From the NCBI GenBank assembly GCA_030704615.1, contig CM060734.1, positions 30,070,001 through 30,134,000 of the forward strand: DNA of 64,000 bases. The letters run 5' to 3'. Position numbers and translations under genes: made by a program. Numbering within the stretch: the first letter of the stretch is position 1; the number at the start of each line of letters is the position of its first letter. This stretch comes from Takakia lepidozioides. Taxonomy: Eukaryota; Plantae; Bryophyta. This document shows positions 1 through 10,569 of the stretch, piece after piece. The notes beneath the pieces are model-generated. The model worked only from the letters and a program-made list of their open reading frames with translations, made no database searches and was not told the DNA's origin.

Positions 1-954
1 CTGCTCTGGGATTATTTCTATAATCCTGATTCCCTGGCTGGTAATTCCCCCTTGGATTACCCTGATAGTTGCCCCTGGGATTGCCTTGGTAATTCCCTCT
101 TGGATTACCTCTCCCTTCCATACCATTGTTATAACCACCAGGCCTACCATAGTGGTCCTGATCACTGTTTCTTCTTGGTTGGGGCTGCACTTGATGCACC
201 CTTACTTGTCTAGGTTCTCTTGCAGTTGTCCTTCTAAATAATAATTCTCGGTAGAATGGTTATCCATTTTAAAGATAGTACAATGTTTCTCCTTTCATGT
301 GGCATTCAGCTGTGGTATGGCCTTCATTCTGGCATTTTGCACACCAAACACCCTTCCTCCAATGCGTTGCAGCCTCTGTGGCATACTTCTTTAAGATTTC
401 TTCTAATCTTCTCTCATAGTTATCCCTCTTCAACTTTTCCTTCTTCTTACTCTTCTTCTTGAGCTCTTGCTCTTGAGCTCTTGCTCTTCTTCCTCATCTG
501 ACTCATCCTCAGAGTCCTCATCATCCTTTTTCTCTCTCCTGAGCATTCCCAATTGCTCAATTCTGTTAGCTGTTTCAAATGCTTCCTCCACCGTATTATG
601 GGGTAGCATATCCACCTTCTTTTGCAACTCTGGTCTTAGTCCACTCACAAACCAAGGCTTCTGTAATCCTGGTGCTGGTACAACAGCCAACTTTTTCATC
701 ATCAATTCCATCTTTTCCATGTACTCTTCAACAATTTCATGCTTCTTTTTCTTTAACTGTTGTAAACTTCCATACACTTCATCGTCAGTTTTACTTGTCT
801 TGAACCTATTTTGGAATGCTGTACTTAAGCCATTCCAGGTTAGGAAATGATTATCTGGAAATCTTGCATTGTAGTGTGAATGCAGGGGAGTGACATTGAA
901 ATTTTTGTTCACCGAGATTCTGCATTTCTACAAAAGAGAGGGCCCTGGTACCAA
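1..954 (-). mobile_element. Ty3/Gypsy LTR retrotransposon remnant: gag fragment, CCHC zinc knuckle, PBS-like site
   Basis: ORF 430-912 resembles retrotransposon gag (W..L.TAFQNRF, VEEYMEKM, WFVSGLRPELQKKV). The minus strand at ~300-345 reads CAKCQNEGHTTAEC (CX2CX4HX4C), followed by GNPRGNYQ repeats. The minus strand at 960-941 reads TTCACA-T-TGGTACCAGGGCC, i.e. an LTR-end CA plus a tRNA-iMet-like PBS. Confidence 0.75.
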
Positions 955-1944
955 TGTGAAAATAGGTTGAGTTGTCCCTGCAATTTATTCCATACATGTT
1001 TTTAGGTTACATCATGGGAACGATGGGGACTCTTGGCCAGGATGAAATGCTCAATTTATTTCATACATGCTATGGGCGGAATTCATCCCTGCCTACAGGT
1101 TATTTCATGGGCACACTATGCTGATACTTTGCCAGGATGAGAGTGGCTAAGTCATGACCAGGAGTATTTTCATTCGGAGGATGAATGGATTACATCCATG
1201 CTTACTGGATGACTCCCAGGAACGAGGACGAAGGATCCAGTACCAAGGATGCAATGAATTTGTGATTAACTCTGTTAATGAAACCTAGCACGTTTTCCGT
1301 TCGTCAAAATGGATGACTTTCATCATTGGTGGTTACCCTAGAAACGCGGGACGAGGAAGATGAAGGGGAAGATGACGGGGGCTCTGAGCAGATGCTGCGA
1401 ACAGTGGAATTGGAAGGGCATTGTGTCAAAGGCGATTGCATCTACACTGGGGCATTCTGCCTTGCATTAAGGGAAGTGTTAATGTAGAGGATAAGGGCAC
1501 AGCTTGGTAATCTGTGCAGCAAGGGAAGCAGTGCCGCCATCTTCTTGGTAATGATCAATTTCTGGAGGATATGCTTACAGGGAGATCGGTGTGGCATGCG
1601 ATGGAGCAATCAGTTAACAGGCGGTGCCGTTGCTGCTATGGTGAATGGGTAGCTTAGGGCTTGCTGGAGGATAATCGTGCAGGGAACAGCTTGGAAGAGT
1701 TGTGCTCAAGCCAGGTGAAGGGAGGCGGTGCTGTCACTAATCTTGTGCAACCACCAAATCCGCCATTGCCTTGATGAACATGATCATGGGAATGCCGAAA
1801 TATACCTCTGCAAGATGTGAATGCTGGGTAATTGGGGCACGGTCCACTGCGTATTTCGGTGCCAAAATACTTTGTGCATTGAGAACTTCCTCTTGCATGA
1901 TGCATCAATAGAATGATTTTTGCTGAACTGCCTCGTGATTGCAG

Positions 1945-4253
1945 GTACATAAACTTTGCACTCATTCCGTCCGGAGCCATTCAAAGGGTTTCACCATTCT
2001 TCCTGGCGTGGAGGACACCTGGAGGTCGTGGTACGATGTACACAGAATTAATGGCGAAGGAGTGGCATGCCGAGCATTTGGTAGACTGTCCCTGGTATGT
2101 GGATCTCCCAAGTGGGACTGTTGACCTCTCGGAGGTTAACTTGAAGAAGGAAGCGAATGCCAGGGCTATGAAGGCGCAATCAGATCCCCAACCAGAGGAC
2201 GCGGAAAGACTGAAAGCAGAGGAGGCAACCAAGCAGAAAGCACTGAGAAAGTCAGCCAGGCGGCAGCGTTGGCGAAGGAGCAGATGGAGAAGCAGGCAGC
2301 TGAGCAGCCCAAGGACAGGAAGAAAAGAATGCGCAAACAGGGCAAGAGACGAAGACCCCCACACCCAAGAAGAAGAAGCAGCAACATAGTCAGCCAGATG
2401 ACGAGGATTCCGACGACGATTTCCAGCAGGATAACACCCAGGGGGCCACACCTCGTCCGAAAATTCACAAGGGCCAGCGCTCCGGGGGTTCGTCTGCGAA
2501 GAGCTCACTATGCGAGGATGCACCTGGCAGACCCTACCGTGCGGTGCACATTGCGGGCAGGGAAGTCCTCAAAACACCCACAATTGTGGAGTGTGTTAAT
2601 GAAAATTTCCTAACTGCTCTGACCAGAAGGCTGGAGATAACGAGATTGAGGAAGGCGATTGAGGCCCACCAGGGGAAGGGGAAGAGGAAGGCCACTGGCA
2701 ATGATATGGAGGACACTCCTGGCTACACAAAGATGATGGAGTATTTTGTGGCGATGAGCCACGGCAAAAAGAGCACAGTCGCGGGCAGGGCGGTGAAAGC
2801 CTCCATCGACATGATCCTTGTGGATATCCCGGATGGGCAGGAGATACTGGGGCTGGGCTCACTACCCTGGTGGAACAAGTACGACGAAAGATACTGGAGC
2901 CACACATTCGGATTCGCAGCCAACATGTTGGACGACGCTGGCTGTGTTGTTGTGCTAGCAGCCGATGGAGAAGTCACTGAGAATGATATCAAAGTATGGA
3001 CGGGGAGAAGTGCAGCACACATCCTGAAAAAGATCTGGACTTGCATCAACACGCAGGGTCTTCTAAACGATGGCCAGAAGGTATGTTGTGGTTCTCCTCT
3101 GCTATGCCAATTTCTGCGCCGAAATTGCCCATGTACGTGTAGGCCACCTCTGACGTTTTCATTTCCTTCTTTGCAGACTCTTATCTTGCAGGCATTCTGC
3201 TTCGTGAAGGAACATTCGAAATTCAAATTACGTCAAGCAAGAAGACTTGTTGATTCCACAGTTGATCCACTGGAGTATAACGTCCTCTTCAACCATGTGG
3301 GAGAGAAGGACATGCTTTGTGATTTGTCGGGCAAGCCGTGGAGGTATGGCAGGACCAGGAGTCCTGCATTCATCCAGATGCTCATGGAAACATGTACGGA
3401 TGTTGAAGGCAGGGTCCTCGACGTCACTGCAAATACAGGTGAGAGCGTTAAGTGATTGCGGCACCGAAATTGACACCATTTCCGATTGTGTATGTTTGCT
3501 TGTGCGAGGAAACAACTCATTCTTGAGTTTGTCTATGCTTGTGTCGTATGAATTCGCAGGTGCCTGTATGTGGGCGGGAAGGATGTCCAACCGATTTGTG
3601 TTCTCATTTGAGGGGGATACGGCCTTGTACGATTTCAATTTGGCGGGCCTACAGCGTCTGCCTCCGACTGAGGATCCCAAAAACGCAGAAGAGGACGTGG
3701 AAAGGGAGGAGGAAGAGGAAGAGGAGGAAGTCCAGGAAATTCGTACGATGCAGGGGCGCCCGAAGCTGCTTCATCCAATGCCTGTCTTCGAGTGAGTTGC
3801 ACCATAGTAAGTGTATTGGTTTTGGTTGTAGGGACCATGCAACCTGCCGATGATTCCCTATTTGAATGCTCTAATGTGCTTTATTCTATGTTTGTGCGTA
3901 CACTCAGCCTTGCAGGGTCGTCCGACGAGGAAATGCTGGGAGACTTGCCCGAATCGGATTCTGTTGCAGAGGAGGAGACAGAATCACATCGGCCATTCTT
4001 TGCCAAAAAATCGTTTCTCGCGAGTCCCCAGAAGCCTTTTTTTCTACCAGCCTATGCAGACACGGCTGCTAGAGAAGCCATCAGGAGGGAGGATAGGCCT
4101 ACTCGGTTTGAGCAATTGATATTCGGGAATGAGCACAGAATTATAATGAGGCGTGAGGCCAAACATAGAATTGTGAAAGGCAGAGTAGGCAAGTTCGTCA
4201 TAGAATCCGCGTCCGAGAGCGAGGGGGATGATGAGGACAGTTCCGGCTGGTGA
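1945..4253 (+). pseudogene. Spliced beta-class DNA amino-methyltransferase (N4-cytosine/N6-adenine)-like gene; N-terminal part frameshifted, MTase domain open
   Basis: Motif IV-like SIDMILVDIPDG (~2801-2837). Removing GT-AG introns 3081-3176 and 3439-3559 gives ...RSPAFIQMLMETCTDVEGRVLDVTANTG|ACMWAGRMSNRFVFSFEGD, matching the beta-class X-I-II block (KP..L...LI...T..GD.VLDPF.GSG.T..AA...GR.F.G.E.D). Further introns at ~1828-1944 and 3792-3907; acidic C-terminal exon stops at 4253. Frameshifts between ~2250 and 2550. Confidence 0.7.
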
Positions 4254-4621
4254 GGATGGTATTTTTGAGGGGAGGGCTTCTCAGAGTAACAGCGGTAGCG
4301 GCAGTGCAGGTTCGGAGGCAGGTGGAAGGCAGCCATCCTTGCATGAGGCCGGGGATGCATCGGACAGTGATCGCGGATCCTCACCATAGCAAAGTCTCAT
4401 TTGGATCCTTTTGTTGTACAGTTCTGAAACACTTAAAGAAAATATTGACGATTTCAAAAATCATTGTGTTCAGACTGCATGTCCGATTCCCTACATTTCT
4501 TCCGGCAACCTAAATGTATAATAAAAGCAGAAAAGACGCAAACTTAAGTAAAGAACCCTACAAGTAATTTATGCACACCAGCGAGCCGGGAACTTGAAGC
4601 CATGAAAACCCTGCCGTTTCT

Positions 4622-4920
4622 AACATTCCTATTGGGAATTTCTGCGCCGAAATAGCCCAGTGTGCGCCTTCATAATATGGGCCTTATAAAATTCCACGAA
4701 GGAATTACTGCACCAAAATATCACGATGGAAGCCTTCAGCACAAGGCACTTCAGCACATTCCACTAGGGTATTTCGGCGCCGAAATAGCCCGCTCTGCGC
4801 CATAAAATACCGCACTATATCACATTTTAAGAGGAGATTTCGGCGCCGAAATACCCCGGCGGATGTCTTCAAATCACCACTTTAGCACACTGCTCTTGGG
4901 AATTTCGGCGCCGAAATACC
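4622..4920. repeat. Five-unit, ~66-bp-period array built on the palindrome ATTTCGGCGCCGAAAT
   Basis: Palindrome cores start at 4644, 4710, 4777, 4843 and 4908 (spacing 66, 67, 66, 65). Flanks are diverged and alternate (unit 1~3, unit 2~4). Confidence 0.9.
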
Positions 4921-4971
4921 AAGGTCGGTGGTTTTAGGACGGCGGTGGTTTTAGCACAATTTCTTCCCGTA

Positions 4972-5825
4972 ATGTCGTGGCATCTTCTCTGTTGAGCCCC
5001 TTCTAGTCCCACTCATTTTCGATCGCCTGTGTGGGTAGCCGTTGCTGGCCAATGGGGGCACGTATTGCCGTTGCCCCAGAGAAGATCACCTGAGAAGGTT
5101 TTCCGCATTGGGTTTTCAGCATCTCCGTGCTTAAAAACAACAGTGATTACTTGTCCCTCTCCATTCCCGGTGGGCACACACTTCCTCAATGCCGCCCTGT
5201 GTAAGTGCCTTCTGCATTTGACGGAGCGGGATTGGAGGATCGCGATTGCGTGAGCCGGTGATGGGAGACATTATGGTGGAGTTGGACTTCAGTGAAGCTA
5301 CCAGTGGATACACGCAGGGTGACAAATTTTCGAGCACTTCTGTGGGATTCTCTTTGGGTGAGGCCTGCCAGTGGACAACAGTGGATACTTGTTGTGCGAG
5401 ATAGACCTGGAAGACGGAGTGTTCGTCTCTTCATCATGAGATGTTGCTGCGGCGAGTTCTGGAGGTCTTACTACCATAACTATACTGCACCTCCACAGTA
5501 TTTGCTCCCGGATAGGGCTCTTGAGTTGCTCACTCACTCTTCTGGGCCAGGGAATATATTGTTGACACTAAGGGAGAATCGGAACAGGTTTGTCCTAGAT
5601 GTTTGCGAATTTCACGACGCTGTGGAGGAGGTCCCAATAGGAGGTCTCCAATATCTGCATGTTTTCACGAACGTGACCTCTATAGATATCTTGTATCTTT
5701 ATGTTCGCCATCTTAATCCAAAAAACGGCAATGCGCAGTGGACGAGTACCGCACCACTCCTTATTCTGGACCTGTGGTTCGACGACTCGGTGGTTCGTGT
5801 TGTGAATGTCAACGCAACAGCATAG
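4972..5825 (+). pseudogene. Intronless ORF of unknown function just downstream of the palindrome array (in-frame stops and a frameshift)
   Basis: ATG at 4972 is in frame with ORF 5029-5253, with TGA stops compatible with CGA decay. The frame then shifts into the 177-aa ORF 5292-5825, which has globular-looking composition. No family recognised. Confidence 0.35.
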
Positions 5826-6266
5826 CGCAGTAAGGATCATTGTGGAGGGTGATTGGAGGGCACAGGCTCTGGGATATGGTAGTTCCACAGGTTTCTTATG
5901 CCGTAGTGGTATTTCTGATGATGGAAGCTCGGAGTAGTCGTTGTACAAAATAAAAACTTGTGGTTGCCTGATGTTTTTATTTCGAGCGTCATATCAATGT
6001 GGGCTTGATGTTGAGTTGAATGGGGTTTGCAAGTTCAACTATCGTCTGACCCTGAATATATTACCTTGTCAGCACAATGGCTTGTGAGGGCTACAATTTT
6101 GTGTCTCTTTCCAGTCCTGCACAATGTTTTACAGTGGTGACGTGGAATAACGGCGCCGAAATACCTCATTCCGCATCCTGGACCAGGAGAAATAGACCCT
6201 ATTACCGAGGTAAGAGGACATAACACCGTCAATAAAGGCACGAAAATTCCAATTCCGCGGATGCCC

Positions 6267-6313
6267 GCTCATGAGCTCATAGGCTCATAGGCTCATGGGC
6301 TCATGGGCTCATG
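6267..6313. repeat. 8-bp tandem repeat (GCTCATRR)n
   Basis: gctcatga-gctcatag-gctcatag-gctcatgg-gctcatgg-gctcatg. Confidence 0.9.
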
Positions 6314-6411
6314 AAATAGTAAACCTCGTCACCCCTGAAGTAACAAGTCCCCTCTGCAAATGTCGTTCCCACATAGACGTTCCCTGTCAATGATAACCGT
6401 TCCCTATGTAC

Positions 6412-6522
6412 GCTGTGACAGGCTGTGTCAAGCTGTGTCGAGTTGTGATTGTGCCGAGCTGTGACTGGCTGTGTAAAGCTGTGTCAAGCTGTGTCGGGCT
6501 GTGTCGGCTGTACGAAGCTGTG
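6412..6522. repeat. ~10-bp minisatellite (GCTGTGTCNN)n, left copy
   Basis: About 11 units; 6458-6522 is duplicated at 10247-10311 (62/65 identical). Confidence 0.9.
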
Positions 6523-6799
6523 AGGGAGGGATGTGGAAACTGGCCGATGGTTTCCGCCGGGAATGTAAGTCTTTCGTGGGAAGAGTAACAGTGATCAAAC
6601 AAGCAAGAAATTTTATGTCTTCTTTCAATGAGTGCTTGAAGACCCCAGATTGAGAGCCCAATCCTGTAGTTTGCAGCCACGGCGGTCAGAGGTTGGAAAT
6701 TAGCCCAATAACCGGTTTAGTACAAGTATGTACTCGATTTGTGAATCTTTCTTTGAAATCTGGCTCTGCCTCTCAATAGATTTTCTTTGTGTTGTACAA

Positions 6800-7673
6800 A
6801 TTTCGCAGATGAGTTGAAGAAGGCACGCCAGCTTGGAAGTCTAACGACATTTGGACGCGGCCTGCCCAGAGGGGGTGAAGTATCAGCTGTAAAATCCCTT
6901 GAGAGACAGGAGGGGATTCTTCGATCCCTAGCCCGACATGACCCTCTGGTATGCTTTTTCATTACATCTGAATTTGGTTGCTACAGGAAAGTCTGTTTCA
7001 ATGTTTAATGAGAGCACCAACCTTCTGAAGTGGTAAACAGTTAAAGAGGGCTGCATACTGGACGGCCGGGCTTGCAGGTGAGCACACGATGTCTTCAGAA
7101 AGTAAGCAAGGGGCATCGGGCTGGGCATGGTGTGGGTCTAGCGAGTTGGAGAGCTGCACAAGGCTGAGGTGGCAACGGAGTGGGGGTGCACTGTGCGTGA
7201 TGTTGATGCCATACTGGCAAAGTACGAGTGGGCAAAGGAGGCAAACAGGCGTGTGATGAAGCTTAAGGAGGAAGGCAAGCCGCTTCCCAAGTCTCTTGAC
7301 GAAGTTAGTCTCCCGTGTTTGCTGCCTAAGAGCTCTTGTATGTTTTTGTTATGCTCTGGCAGCTGCATTCTCTTCTCAAAATCTCTCCTCCCGCTGTCTC
7401 ACCAATGGCTTTCCACTGTTTGCCTGTTTCCTACCATCTTTTAATACCTTGAATGATGAAATATATTTGTCCCTATACCTTGAATATAAGGTGGCCATAG
7501 CTGGGAGATGAAGGGTCTGGCTTGAGGTTGACACCATGGATTTGTTGGTTGGTGAAGGTGGAAGAGTTGATGGGGGGTCGCTGGAATGCGGCAGCATATG
7601 TGAATCTTGCAAAAAGTGGACAACTGAGTCGAAATGCTGCTTGTCCATGCGGCTTTGGAAATAAGTACAAGAG
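6800..7673 (+). pseudogene. 5'-truncated fragment of the plant SEC-C-motif (SRP54 M-like + SEC-C) protein gene
   Basis: Exons ~6800-6948 (FADELKKARQLG...RHDPL), 7142-7303 (AEVATEWGCTVRDVDAILAKYEWAKEA...GKPLPKSLDE) and 7558-7673 (NLAKSGQLSRNAACPCGFGNKYKR, SEC-C motif). GT donors at 6949, 7304 and 7674. First acceptor appears mutated and no upstream exons are visible. Confidence 0.75.
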
Positions 7674-8874
7674 GTGGGTTCTCGCTCTTTTCACAACTCC
7701 TCTCATCTCTCTGCCCCATTCCAATGGGAGTGTCGTAAGGCGGAGAGAAGCAATGTTTCTGGCTGCTTTATCTCACACTCATACTTAAACAGATGGATTT
7801 TGTGGCTAGATGAGTCAAATTTCAAACTTAAAGCAAAGCAAGTAGTACTATCAAACATCATGTAGCCTGGCAATAAGCTGGCCGTGAGGCATCTGTGGCT
7901 TGAACACTATATTACGTTTCACGCAATGTGGTGAGGGCACCTTCTTCTTCGACCTATTTCAGCCTGTTTTATCTCTCATGAGACTCGGCCCTGAGATCCT
8001 GTTATCAGAGTCGTCCCTAAATTCTGATGTTGAACTCTGCAAGGTAGCTTGTTGGTGGATCTATGGTGGTTTTGGAGTGATTTTAACATGTTATTGCCAA
8101 TGTGGCAACAGGAAAGAATCGAAAAACAGATAACAGAGACGAGGAGAAGCTTTGGAATGCTCACCTCAACGATGACCGCAGCTTCTGAAAGAGGATCAAG
8201 AGAGGGAGTCCACAATGCCTCTTCTGGCACTTCTGCACATGTGAAGATGTTTTGTGAGGCAGGCAGACTGACAGAGGCTCTCTGCATAGATAGCTGAAGG
8301 AGCAGGGATAGAGGGTGGGTCCAGATTCATCTAAGAGGGCCGGATTTCAAGTTCCAGATCACCTATGATTCCTTGTGGAAGGACAGGTACAAGAAACAGA
8401 TGGTCAACTGCAACCCGCAGCGGCAGCGGTCAGACACTGCTAATGAAGGCACCTTCTTCAACAAATTTCACCCTGTTTTTCCCTCTTATCAGAGTCGGCC
8501 CTAAATTTCCGTGTTGAATTCTGCAAGTTAGCTGGTTGAGTGAACCTTTGATAGTTTGGAGTGAATGACATGATACGGCCAATGTGACAACAGAAAAGTA
8601 TCCATAAACAGGTAACAAAGCTGAGGAGAAGCTGTGGAATGAATACTTCTCTGACCCCAGTTAATGGTGTGACAACTAAGGCAAAAAGGTGAATGCATGT
8701 TGGATTACAGAGAGTAGCAGATGCAATTGAGCATACAAACTAGTGTGATAAGTTGAGTTGGGTGTTTCCTAGAACTTCAAGCTCCAAATTACCTATGATT
8801 CCCTGTGGATCAATAGCTACAAGAAACCTGCATCGGTAGATGGTCACCTAAAGGCAGCAGCTGCAGCGGCACCT

Positions 8875-10243
8875 TTGCTAAAATCAGGCACCTCAACCAT
8901 GACCACAGCTTCTGCAAGGGGATCAAGAGAGGGAGTCCACAATGCCTCTTCTGGCACTTCTGGGCATGTGAAGATGCTTTGTGCGGCAGGCAGTCTGACA
9001 GAGGCTCTACAGACTTTAAACAAAGGAGGCATTTCAGCAGATTCAGATACGTATGTCTGTCTCTTGCTTAAGTGCATCAAGATGGAAGGTCTGGAAGCTA
9101 GAAAGCAGATGCACACTCACATTATCCAAAGTGTATTCCCGCCAAGTGTTTTTCTACTCAGCACCCTTGTCTACATGTATGTTAAGTGCAGGAGCATCAT
9201 GGATGTTCACCAAGTGTTCAACAAAATGCCTCAACCATCTTTGATCACGTGGAACGCGATGCTTGCAGGGTATGCACAACAGGGGCGTGGTATGAAGGCC
9301 TTGGAGACCTATGATCAAATGATGGGGGAAGGGGTGAAGCCCGACCACATCACGTTTCTGTGCATTTGCAATGCGTGTGCAAGTTTGGCAGCTCTGGAAA
9401 TGGGTGAAGAGGTGCATGGCGACATTGTCAGAGCTGCAATTGGACCAAATGTCATTCTGAACAATACCCTCGTGGACATGTATGAAAGGAGTGTTCGATA
9501 GCTGAACAAGATGTGGTGTCGTGGAGTGCGATGATTGCAGGATATGCATAGCAACGGCGCGGGATGGAGGCTCTGGAACACGATGCGTGCAAAGTATGCA
9601 CAACAGGGGCGCGGTATGGAGGCTTTGGAGACCTATGAGCAAAAGATGTGCGAAGGGGTGAAGCCTGACCACATCACATTTGTTTGTGGTTGCAATGCGT
9701 GTGCAAGCCTGGGAGCTCTGGAAAATGGGAAAGATGTCCATGGTGACATCGTCAAAGCTGGAATTGCACCAGATTCATCCTGAACACTGCCCTAGTGGAC
9801 ATATGCCAAATGTGGGTGGATCGAGGATGCGAAGGGAGTTTTCAACACTGTGGCTGAACGAGATGTGGTGTCGTGGAACACGATGCTTGCAGGGTATGCA
9901 CAACAGGGGCACAAGATGGAGGCTTTGGAGACCTATGAACAAATGATGGGGGAAGTGGTGAAGCCCGATCACATCACGTTTGTGTGCGTTTGCAGTGCGT
10001 ATGCAAGCCTGGCAGCCCTGGAAAAGGGCATGGTTGCATCGCCAAAGCTGGAATTGTACCAGATGTGGTTCTGAACAATACCCTTGTGGACATGTATGCC
10101 AGATGTGGAATGCGATGATCGCAGAATATGCCCAACATGTTGTCATAGGGAGGTCCTGCAACTATTTGAAGGAATGCAAAAGAACGATTTGAAGTTGGAC
10201 AACCTTTATATGTGTTCTCTCTGCATGCATCCACACTAGCCTA
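8875..10243 (+). pseudogene. PLS-class pentatricopeptide-repeat (PPR) pseudogene fragment
   Basis: Repeated motifs ITWNAMLAGYAQQGRG.KALE.Y..M..EGVKPDHITF..ACASLAALE.G..VH and NTLVDMY; ends in VLSACIHTSL (cf. VLSACSHAGL). Several stops and frameshifts. The 5' region is a mosaic duplication of 7934-8430. Confidence 0.9.
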
Positions 10244-10246
10244 CTG

Positions 10247-10321
10247 GCTGTGACTGGCTGTGTAAGGCTGTGTCAAACTGTGTCGGGCTGTGTCGGCTGT
10301 GCGAAGCTGTGTCAGACTGTG
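10247..10321. repeat. (GCTGTGTCNN)n minisatellite, right copy
   Basis: Direct copy of 6458-6522 plus one further unit. Confidence 0.9.
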
Positions 10322-10569
10322 AACCCCCCCTAAAGCCTGTGCCTGTCACCCCTAAGGCTTTTGTTGGTCTCAGTCCACCATCCGTAAGTCTGCGCAAAAA
10401 TTAAGGGTACCCCACAGAACCCGTAAAAGCGTCTCAGTCCCAAACAGCCCCCTAACAAGACACTACCGGTTACATCATGCCTGGGATGAAATATCTCGTT
10501 AAGGATATTCGCACTGTTCTTGCCAAGTACCCTGGTACACCCTTTGCAACTCAGGGACAAATACTCCTT

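Noticed and set aside
955-1750. Complete 5' LTR of the Gypsy remnant, or further MTase exons
   Set aside because: No second LTR is available for comparison, and the longest frame has several stops and no recognisable motif.
4622-4920. CRISPR array
   Set aside because: Spacers are homologous to one another, the repeat core is only ~18 bp, no cas genes are present and the context is eukaryotic.
6523-10243. Helitron carrying the gene fragments (CTAG near 10236)
   Set aside because: The CTAG is part of PPR coding sequence (SACIHTSL); there is no subterminal hairpin or 5' TC, and Helitrons do not make long flanking duplications.
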